This document shows, in pieces, positions 47,667-57,639 of a stretch of 64,000 bases of DNA. The translations under genes were made by a program, and so were the position numbers. The DNA comes from Dicyema japonicum (taxonomy: Eukaryota > Animalia > Dicyemida): NCBI GenBank assembly GCA_011109175.1, contig RDEW01000069.1, forward strand, positions 102,184-166,183, written 5' to 3'. The number at the start of each line of letters is the position of its first letter. Position 1 is the first letter of the stretch. The notes below the pieces were generated by a model. That model searched no databases and was not told the origin of the DNA. It worked only from the letters and a program-made list of their open reading frames with translations.

Positions 47667-49404
47667 CACATTCCGTACGAAATCTTGAGGATTATGAGGA
47701 CATCTCACGTGTGGTCTGCGACACAGCGGCCCACGTGGTACAAGGACTCTTCGAAAATAAGCCCTCTATTGGATTATATTTTAGAGGAGTCCGAGGAGTA
47801 GAGAAGCTCAGAAGGGTCGTTTCGCGACTCGATCCTTCTGTCATTCAGAGTTAATATGGGGATCGATGGCAGGGCTGCTTTCCACACTGCAGCGGACATC
47901 CCCACACAGCAAGCGGTTGATCAAGCTGTGCCTGCACCGAGGAGGAGGATGGAGGTTGAGAGCAAGACTCAGCCTCCTGTAATGGATCCAAGGACCGAGG
48001 AAAACATCCCAGCACAGCTAGCGGTTGAACAAGCTGTGCCTGGGACGAGGAGGATGGATGTTGAGAGCAAGACTCAGCCTCTTGAAAAGAATCAAGGACC
48101 GAGAACCGAGGGCAGGGCTGAATCCGTCACACAACCAGCGGTCCAACAGGCTGTGCCTGCCCTCGACGAAGTGCGACAAGAGGACCATCTCCCGATGACT
48201 GTAGGCTGGACTACAGTAGGGAGAAAGAGGAAGTCTGCGGTTTCTGCCAAACCGCAGAACGTGCGTGATTCGGGTCCAGAAACCGCAAAGTGCCCTAAAA
48301 GCATTTTTGCAGGCTCGAATCAATCCAGAGCGCACGTGCCGAAAGAAAAGAAGAAAGAACAGGTATTCGGAGGACTAACTACACTAGTTCGGCTAGAGGT
48401 GCCGAAGATGGGAGTGGTTAAACTCCTAAGTGGCATAGGTACACTGGCTACCTATGCGAAAGAAGGATCGTCAGACGAGGAGAATCCCACTTGTTGGTGG
48501 GATTCAGAAATGACGTGGACGCCTCAGCTTTTGAAGCTGAGGTGAATAAGAAGGTTCCTTTTGGGCCCGGGGCACATAACATGTCTCGGGTCATCCCCAA
48601 GGTACACGACTCGATTGTACTAGTCTTCGGAGTCCCTCTGGACTTTGTTGATGAGGATGTACTCGAGTACATCAAAAAGGACTACCCCACGGCGCACAAG
48701 ATCGAGCGCTTCAAGAGTGGGAGTCAGAGACTAAGGACTCTCAAGGTCTGGATCAGGTCCGGAGCGGAAGCTGAGAGGATCTGCCTTGAGAAGTTAAAGA
48801 TAGGTTACTTTAGATTTGGTGTGGCCCGAGAGCGACCGGTAGCAATCCAGTGCTACAGATGCCAGGGATTCGGCCACACCAGCTCCCGCTGCACTTATAA
48901 AGAGAAGTGCCTAAATTGCGGGGGTCCACATTCGCGGAAGGCTTGCCAAACAAGTGGCAAGTCTCTCAAATGCGTGAACTGTGGCGCAGAAGGACACAGG
49001 GCGAGCCATACCAAGTGCCCCCTGTATCAGGAGGCGACGGAGAAGGTACCACAGGGGAGAAGGCAGGCGCCCTCCTCTGGAATGGTCAGTGATGTAGGCA
49101 CTATCCATCGGATGGTGAGTAACTATTGCAATGCCACTGGGGCTTCGCTCCAAACGGCACTTAGGGATATCGCGTTATCTCATAGGTTAAATAATGCGTC
49201 GAAGGGATGCTCAACATCGTCTTCGAAACAGGAGGACTTTAGAATATGACGAAGACTTTTATAAAACGAAGGAGGCACGGGGAAGACGAATGTGATGGCA
49301 CGAAAAACGCTGCGCAAGGCGGTGAAAGGGCCTTTAGTTAGTTCTTCCCTGATTACTTAACATTTGTTTTTTGCCTAATAAAGATTTTTCCATTCCATTT
49401 TTCC
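47667..49404 (+). mobile_element. LINE family A, ORF1-only short form, in H4
   Basis: Tail TTCCATTCCATTTTTCC joins GCGAAAAA, 55 nt upstream of the H4 ATG. Confidence 0.92.
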
Positions 49405-49459
49405 GCGAAAAACCTTTTGCGTCGTCAATTTATAAACGCCAAATTTGGAGCGCAAAGCA

Positions 49460-49767
49460 ATGTCTGGACGTGGTAAAGGTGGAAAAGGAGGAAAGTCAGG
49501 TGCAAAGCGATTCAAAAAGATCCTGATCGATAACATTCAGGGGATCACAAAGCCTGCAATTAGGAGACTGTGTCGTAGAGGAGGTGTGAGAAGGATCTCA
49601 GGAAAATTTATGAGGAGACAAGATGTGTCCTCAGGATCTTTATTGAGAGAACTATAAGAGATTGCATTTCCTATTGTGAACACGCTAAAAGAAAAACTGT
49701 GATTGCTATGGATGTGGTCTATGCCTTGAAGAGACAAGGGAGAACAATATATGGATTTGGTGGATGA
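49460..49767 (+). CDS. H4: Histone H4 (1-bp indel)
   Basis: Full H4 sequence downstream of the element. Confidence 0.9.
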
Positions 49768-50137
49768 CTTTTTTTTAATAAAAAAAATAAATTTTTATCT
49801 ATATTAAATTCTGAGATATAAATTAAGTCGTTTTAGGGTTACAAGAAGCTTTCTGTAAATAGTGTTTTTTATGAATTCTAATTACACAGTGATAATTTTA
49901 AAATTTTGTAAAATAGCTTTTTTCTACTTTAATGTGGTAAAATTTTGCTTTAAATAATTGATAATTTAAAAAAAAATTGTGTTTTGATAATTTTCCAAAT
50001 TGTGCTTCCGGAAAAAAATTACTTGCTCTCTCGTATTGTTGCAAAATTGCGTGTGCTTCAGCGAAAAATTTAAGCGTACGTTAGTATTAATACATCGCAG
50101 AAAAAAATCGATAATTTTCATTTTTCATTGATAAATA

Positions 50138-50548
50138 ATGGCACGAACAAAACAAACTGCTAGAAAATCAACTGGAGCAAAAGTTCCAAGGAAACAGCTT
50201 TCTGCTAAATCTGCACGCAAGTCAGTTTCTCAATTGGGTGGTGTAAAGAAACCACATCGATTTCGTCCTGGTGTCGTGGCAATGAGGGAGATCAGAAGAT
50301 ATCAAAAGAGTACTGACCTTCTATTGCGAAAGACACCGTTCCAAAGGGTTGTTAGAGAAGCAGCACAATTTATGAAGACAGATTTACGTTTCCAATCATC
50401 GGCCATTGTTGCTCTTCAGGAGGCTGCAGAGACTTATTTGGTCGGGATTTTTGAGGATAGTAATTTGTGTGCAATACATGGAAAACGAGTAACAATAATG
50501 CCACAGGATATGCACCTAGCAAGGAGAATTCGTGGTGAAAAAACATAA
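50138..50548 (+). CDS. H3: Histone H3
   Basis: Intact ORF. Confidence 0.98.
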   Translation: MARTKQTARKSTGAKVPRKQLSAKSARKSVSQLGGVKKPHRFRPGVVAMREIRRYQKSTDLLLRKTPFQRVVREAAQFMKTDLRFQSSAIVALQEAAETYLVGIFEDSNLCAIHGKRVTIMPQDMHLARRIRGEKT

Positions 50549-51818
50549 CTTTTCGATAAATCAAATAAATATAATTTGTCTCTTTTTTTTAAATTAACCT
50601 AATCCCGACAAAATTTAAGAAAAATTAAAAGTCCAATCTTTATAGCCTAATTGAAAATGTTTTTCTAGACGCAATGTCGTTTTAAATTGTTAATTCACGG
50701 GAATTTCTAATCATACGCAGTTTCTATCAACTAGCTAAAAATAGCCTATAAAACCCAACTTCAATGTAACAAACTAACCAAATAAATCTCAAGTACAAAA
50801 ATAAGACAAATTTTTAATTTTGACACTGTTTAAAAAACAAAAAAACTATATCATTTTTTTTAATGTAACAAACTAACCATATAAAATCTCCCTTTAATTA
50901 CATAAATAAGACAAATTTATAATTTTAACGCTGTTAAATAACAATTTGAATTTAATATAAAAATTAAATAAATCGCTGTAGAAAAATTGGGGTCAAAAAT
51001 CCAGGTTTTTGCGGCTGATTGACCTCAAACCAAGTTCATTCCACGCGTTTTGCTTTTGCGCGTTAAAATATGAAATCAGATTGAAAATTGGACGCACGTG
51101 GGCGGAGATTTGATAATTGATTATTTTTTAGTTTTTAGAAATTAAATTTGTCTACTGTTCTTGTTTATGTAAGCCTTGTTAACCTTTAACTAAATTAATT
51201 TATTTTTTTGATTACCTAAATGCTACATTCTAAGATAGTTCTAGATATTGACTTAGTCGGCTATGCTTACAGTTGGTTAGTAATAATGTAACTTTTTTCA
51301 AAATAACTTTTGTAAGTGACTGATTATTGTATTTAAGAGACTGAATCGGTATATAGAGGGGAGCAACTTTCTACGACCTAATCAATTTGGATTCCGTCCG
51401 GGAAGATCATGTGGAGATTGTATCCACTCACTAAACTACGAAATTATAAATACATTGGAGAAGAAATTGATTTGTCTAATTAAATTTGTCTACTATTCTT
51501 GTTTATGTAAGTCTTGTTATCCTTTAACTAAATTAATTTTTTTTTGATTATCCAATTGCTACATTCCAAGATAGTTCTTGACTTGTCAGCTAGGGTTACA
51601 GTTGGTTAGTAATAATGTAACTTTTTGCAAGATAACTTTTGTAAGTAATTAAGTTTCAATTTTATCAATAGGGTTTTACTCCTTTGGAGTAATTTTCCGA
51701 TAGATATCTTGACAAAATAAAGGCAGATGTCTTATTACTAGGGATCAAATGATTTCTGGCTAGCAAGTACTATAGTTGATAAAAGTCAATTAAAGTAAAG
51801 GTTTATTTAATAAAATTG

Positions 51819-52181
51819 TTAAGTGGATGCTGGTTTTGCGGGCTCAGCACTTTTGCGACAGATGTATCTTCCGCAAGAGATTATTGCATTTTGGGTAAGT
51901 TCTTTTAATTCGTCATCGGCATTGATTGCGACAGACAGGTGACAAGGTTTGATCCTTCGCTTTGCAGCCTTGAGTGCAGTATTACCACAAAGTTCCAGCA
52001 CTTCAGCACATAGATACTCCATTACAGCTCCAACGTAGATGGCAGCACCAACTGCAACTCGCATTCTGGTCTCACTTCTCAAGCATCTATGAATTCGACC
52101 AACTGGAAATTGCAAGCCTGCTCTAACTGATTTGCTTTTCGCTTTTGTACGTACTTTTCCACCTTTGCCGCGAGTAGACAT
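51819..52181 (-). CDS. H2A: Histone H2A
   Basis: Identical protein. Confidence 0.97.
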   Translation of the reverse strand: MSTRGKGGKVRTKAKSKSVRAGLQFPVGRIHRCLRSETRMRVAVGAAIYVGAVMEYLCAEVLELCGNTALKAAKRRIKPCHLSVAINADDELKELTQNAIISCGRYICRKSAEPAKPAST

Positions 52182-52361
52182 TTTATTGAAAATTTTGAAT
52201 TTTTTCGTACTTATGTTTTTAAATTGTGCTTCCGGAAAAAACTTTTAGAATTAGCATAAGAAAATCAATACTTTCTAAAGTTTTTTCTGGAAGCACAATT
52301 TGAAAACATAAAGTACGAAAAAATTCAAAATTTCGATTTCAGAATTTAGATTGACAAGACT

Positions 52362-52728
52362 ATGGTTCAAAAAGTGAGTACTAAAGGATCTAAACGGCGG
52401 CAGTTAAAGTTAGCAGCACCACACGTGCCTTACGAAAAAAGAAAAAGCGATCCCAAAACTATCATTTGTACATTCTGAGGATTTTGAAATCTGTCCACAC
52501 TGATTTGGGGATGTCAAAGAAAGCTATGATGGCTATGGACAGCTTTACTTTTGACATTTACGAAAAAATCAAGAACGAAGCTTGCAATCTAGTCCAGCAT
52601 AATAGCAAAGCTACTATCACATCAGAGAAATTCAAACAGCAGTACGCTTGATTTTGCCTGGAGAATTAGCAAAGCATGCTATTACCGAAGGGGCAAAGGC
52701 GGTCACCAAGTATACCAATACTAAGTGA
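52362..52728 (+). CDS. H2B: Histone H2B (two 1-bp indels)
   Basis: Matches intact copies. Confidence 0.9.
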
Positions 52729-53019
52729 TTTTTACTTGATATAATAAAGAAAACTTGTTTTCTAACATTTTTTTTTACATAAAAATAGCCCACGTGTCAT
52801 AATCTTAACAAAAGAATGTTTTTTATTAATTTTAACGCAATAAGAACGTTTTTTATTAATTTTAACGCTATTTAAAAAGTTCGTTTTAGTGTGTTTTCCA
52901 ATTTTCACTTTAATATCGATTTGTGCTTCCGTGAAAAACTTTTAATATTATCGATTTGTGCTTCGGCGAAAAATTTTTGCGTCGTCAATTTATAAACGCC
53001 AAATTTGGAGCGCAAAGCA

Positions 53020-53383
53020 ATGTCTGGACGTGGTAAAGGTGGAAAAGGAGGAAAGTCAGGTGCAAAGCGATTCAAAAAGATCCTGATCGATAACATTCAG
53101 GGGATCACAAGTAACGAAGTTTGGAGATTATCAGGACATCTCACGTGTGGTCTGTGATACAGCGGCCACGTGGTAAAGGACTCTTCGAAAATAAGCCTCT
53201 ATTGGATTATATTTTAGAGGAGTCCGAGGAGTAGAGAAGCTCAGAAGGGTCGTTCGCGACTCGATCCTTCTGTCGTTCAGAGTCAATATGGGGATCGATG
53301 GCAGGGCTGCTTTCCACACTGCAGCGGACATCCCCACACAGCAAGCGGTTGATCAAGCTGTGCCTGCACAGGAGGATGGAGGT
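53020..53383 (+). mobile_element. H4 head (53020-53110) plus 5' end of a family-A copy running into a gap
   Basis: ATCACAA|GTAACGAAGTTTGGAGATTATCAGGAC; low-quality sequence. Confidence 0.85.
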
Positions 53384-53899
53384 NNNNNNNNNNNNNNNNN
53401 NNNNNNNNNNNNNNNNNNNNNNNNNNNNNNNNNNNNNNNNNNNNNNNNNNNNNNNNNNNNNNNNNNNNNNNNNNNNNNNNNNNNNNNNNNNNNNNNNNNN
53501 NNNNNNNNNNNNNNNNNNNNNNNNNNNNNNNNNNNNNNNNNNNNNNNNNNNNNNNNNNNNNNNNNNNNNNNNNNNNNNNNNNNNNNNNNNNNNNNNNNNN
53601 NNNNNNNNNNNNNNNNNNNNNNNNNNNNNNNNNNNNNNNNNNNNNNNNNNNNNNNNNNNNNNNNNNNNNNNNNNNNNNNNNNNNNNNNNNNNNNNNNNNN
53701 NNNNNNNNNNNNNNNNNNNNNNNNNNNNNNNNNNNNNNNNNNNNNNNNNNNNNNNNNNNNNNNNNNNNNNNNNNNNNNNNNNNNNNNNNNNNNNNNNNNN
53801 NNNNNNNNNNNNNNNNNNNNNNNNNNNNNNNNNNNNNNNNNNNNNNNNNNNNNNNNNNNNNNNNNNNNNNNNNNNNNNNNNNNNNNNNNNNNNNNNNNN
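53384..53899. other. Assembly gap (N run)
   Basis: Run of N. Confidence 1.
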
Positions 53900-54173
53900 T
53901 CGTGGCAATGAGGGAGATCAGAAGATATCAAAAGAGTACTGACCTTCTATTGCGAAAGACACCGTTCCAAAGGGTTGTTAGAGAAGCAGCACAATTTATG
54001 AAGACAGATTTACGTTTCCAATCATCGGCCATTGTTGCTCTTCAGGAGCTGCAGAGACTTATTTGGTCGGGATTTTTGAGGATAGTAATTTGTGTGCAAT
54101 ACATGGAAAACGAGTAACAATAATGCCACAGGATATGCACCTAGCAAGGAGAATTCGTGGTGAAAAAACATAG
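53900..54173 (+). CDS. H3: Histone H3, 3' part; its stop codon is the array boundary
   Basis: Ends GAAAAAACATAG, then non-histone sequence instead of the usual 3' flank. Confidence 0.9.
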
Positions 54174-54970
54174 CTGATACTGTGTCGGATAGAAATATAG
54201 ACTGACTGAAACGGCCCACCTTCGTTCGAAGTCCTCGTCTGTTAGAAGGGGAGAGTTGTAGTGAATCGAGTTATTCTCAAGTACATAAGAGAATAATACC
54301 ATTACAGTGTAAAAAACTACTCTGCTCTCTCCGTTTGAGACCAAATAAATTTCGCTCGTCGAACAAAAACAAAGGTATGTCTATGTTACATTATATGTGG
54401 AACTTGTTTGGATATGTCGTCAGAAAGTTCCGCATAAAAATTGGGAGAATCTTGGTTCAACGTCCACTCCCAATAGCGATTTTCTGATTTACTAGTCGTG
54501 TTAAAATAACCTGTGGAGTCGAAGCACTGATAGCCGATATAAACTTTGAATTTCTACTAAGGGCACGCTTTGAACTCCTCCTCGGAAATGTGGTTTATAA
54601 GTCTAACGGGCTCACTTAAATTGCTGAGTACATACAGAATACCATGTTGTAGTATCCCACACTATGAGGGAAATTCCTTCTTCGGAGCTATCCCGCTAAC
54701 CATCCATTTCCGATCATAACTCACAGCAATGCAGTCACTTCTTCAGCTGAAGGATAATATTTTTTTCTGTACATGGCCTCGAAGAATTTGTTGTGTTTGC
54801 TTATTGTAATCATAGAGAAGACAAATGTTTGACGACGAATATGCCACCAGGCTTCGGCATTTGTCGCTCAGATCGAAATTCCTGTAGTATGATTTATCCC
54901 GTAGGCCATTTAACGTCCTTTGAATAACAAACACTACTGACCAATGCTCCATTCCTCCAGAAATACTCAT
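54174..54970 (-). CDS. CFAP251: CFAP251/WDR66-like WD40 protein, N-terminal part with tiny introns and indels, truncated at the array edge
   Basis: YDYNKQTQQILRGH, CIAVSYDRKW, LIVWDTT, SPLLTDEDF..VGRFSQSIF parallel WDR66 motifs as I recall them ([41 protein letters not shown]). Confidence 0.75.
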
Positions 54971-55248
54971 TTGTGCTGTTTCTATGAAACATTAAATATA
55001 TTCTTATTTATATTACAACAATGTTTAAATAAAATCAAATTAAATAAAAACGATTTGAAAATTTTCAAGTTTTTCTATCCAAAAAAACAGAATATCGGGA
55101 CTCTTCGATCAATATTTTTTATTCTTCCGACTTTTGCTAGCTTTATATTAATAATGTATAATTGTTAACTTAAGACGTTAATTAATAAATTGTGATACGT
55201 TTGAATGGTTGCTGTGGTATACTTGGATTTTTTTAGCCGACGTCTTTA

Positions 55249-55875
55249 ATGGATGCTCCTTTAGAATTTAGCATGGAATCTAGCCCACCGCGTGGAAAGT
55301 AAGATTTATAAACTAAATTAAAGTTCATTTGTAATACCGTTTTTCCACTTCTTCTTTCGAAGTGCAGCTTTTGTGCTGTATATTATTTTGGATTTTAGAT
55401 ATAATTATACTACTGAATTAGTAATTATCCTGATTCTGCTTGCCATTGATTTTTGGATAGTGAAAAACGTAACAGGTCGGTTATTGGTCGGTCTACGCTG
55501 GTGGAATTTTGTTGATGAAAGTGGAGAGAGCAAATGGTACTATGAGTCGTCTAAGCAATTTCAAGTTACTACTCTCTGTTGACTTTAGGTCAAAAATGGC
55601 AGAGATAAAACAGTTTTTTGGACAGGTCTTTTTCTGTTTCCGTTTTGCTGGTGTTTTTTTGCGTTCTTCCACCTTATTTCTTTCAGTATTCGTTGGCTGG
55701 TTTGTTGTTCTCGTTTAGCAATTTATAGTTCCTTGACGTGGTCGCACTTATCATGTTTGGCTCTAATTTATACGGCTATTTGCGTTGTTGGTTGGGTGCC
55801 AAAGGTGGGTCATTGGCAGAGGCGACCAAAGGATACTTTTCTGCCAAGGTATTTGACTCCGTCTTAAGAGAATGA
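55249..55875 (+). CDS. TVP23: Golgi membrane protein TVP23/FAM18 with three 24-29 nt introns
   Basis: FFHFFFR, DFWIVKNVTGRLLVGLRWWN, SNLYGYLRC; removing GT..AG introns gives a continuous frame. Confidence 0.92.
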
Positions 55876-56011
55876 CGCCAACCCAGACTGTCGACATTTA
55901 GAACATTTTAATAAATTAATGAATTGTTTGATTAATGTTACGGCTGTCTAGTTGCCATTTAATGTAATTTCAAAAATGGGATTCAGATTAAGAATTGAAA
56001 TAAAGAATGGT

Positions 56012-56655
56012 TTAGTTAGAGTAGTATACTCGGTTGAATGAATCCAAATAAAGTTTAATCACCTGCTGACGTTTAATTTTCATTGTGGGTGTCAACAGTT
56101 CGTTAGCAGTTGTGAACTCGTTGTAGTCCAATACGAGACCTCTTATTTGTTCAAAACCAAACAACTCTGCATCCTTCCCCAATGCATGTAATTCTTTGAT
56201 AAATTTCTTTATTAGTTCCTTCGTATAAACACAAGTCAGAAACTTGATTGTTTAATAAATCTGAACTCTCAGAAGCAATAGACATATTTTTGGCAAATTC
56301 CAAGAGGTTTTCTTCGATGACAATGACAAGAGCGATAGGATAATCTTCCGACTGTCTCCATAAACCACGATCTGATGGACCAGCGGGTGCCTTGCGTAAA
56401 TTGTTTCTATTTTGTCAGGAATGATATACTCCCTTCAATGTTAAAGTATATCTACCTGACTGAGCTTGAATATGTTTTTGCTCCTATCGATGATAGAATA
56501 GGTCCCATTCTGTTCATGATCATGCTAAGTTACCTTGTTCAGTCTTGCAATATCTCCAGACCTAAAAAACCCGTCTTCATCGAAAGCTTCCCGGTCGATG
56601 TCAGGGCGCTTGTAATATCCAGGGGTTACATTTGGTCCTCTAATGCAAAGCTAAT
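56012..56655 (-). CDS. Long-chain fatty-acyl-CoA ligase (ACSL-like), 3' part
   Basis: [56 protein letters not shown]; cut by an N at 56662. Confidence 0.85.
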
Positions 56656-57639
56656 CAAATGNAATCGACGAATCAAATGTAAATTCTTATATCTTATCCA
56701 AAGGATAGCCCATCGACATAACTCTTAAAGAATTTATAGACGATACATCCCAGGTCACAACTAACCGAATAATTTTAATTGACAGCGTATACAACCGAGA
56801 GTTCTCCTGCAAGAGGTTTGGAACCGTACGAGATATAAAGAATCGAAATACATTTAATATTCTTGAGCATTTAAATGACTTTTTAAAAAATGCTAAACGT
56901 GCACAGATGTCGTCTATCTTGTCAATTGGCGTGAGATTCAATGCTAATTTCATAACTTTCAACTTTAATCTTTCTAGTACTAATACGAGATGTTAGAGAT
57001 CCAGAGATTGGGGACAATGAAAATTGAGTTAAATAAGTAAAAGTCTGGTTGTGGAGGTCCCAGAAGACTCAGCGCCGCTTGTCAAATAATCGACCTCGAG
57101 ACAGGCCTTCCGCAGCTGCTAACTTACTTAGGTATTCCAAAAACTAAATATAAATTGACACGATTAAATATGAATTTGAATTTATGTCCATAATGACAAG
57201 GCCATTTCAACCTAGCAAGAAGATGAAACTAAAATCAATGGCGCATAGCTTACATTAAAGGAACTCAAAGTTCGAATATGATATTAGCCGAGTCCTCGGA
57301 CACGTATATGTCGAAATGCTACCAGTTATATGAATTGAATTAAGATGATAGATATTGCTGAAGCTTGTTCAAACTGAAAAGTATGGCAGAATCTATATTC
57401 CTGTCTAATATAGAAGACGACCATCGAAGGGGAGTTCTCTCTACTATAATAATAAATAATAATTTTAGCACTACCGCGTTGCCATAAGCACGTATGATGC
57501 CTAGGGTTTCGCTCGTGCAGACACACACTTTATTTAAATAAAAAACAGTTATAACTAATCGTACAGGGAGAAATCAAGGAATGCTCTTTACTTCTTTGTT
57601 TTTTTCTTTTTCTTGTGTGATATGTCTTTTGACTATCCA

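Noticed and set aside
53207-53942. Long ORFs across 53.2-53.9 kb and at 4853-5035
   Set aside because: Artefacts of N runs.
23073-54173. Frameshifted histone copies (H2B 23073, 37162, 52362; H4 28887, 49460; H3 29572, 53900) as pseudogenes
   Set aside because: Lesions are scattered 1-bp indels, mostly in short runs, with almost no amino-acid changes, and the same pattern affects TEs and host genes. Consensus error is more likely.
56662-57530. Continuation of the ACSL gene (ORF 56687-56962)
   Set aside because: Lies beyond an N join, lacks clear ACSL motifs, and 56663-56722 is repeated at ~63940-64000, suggesting a contig-end repeat.
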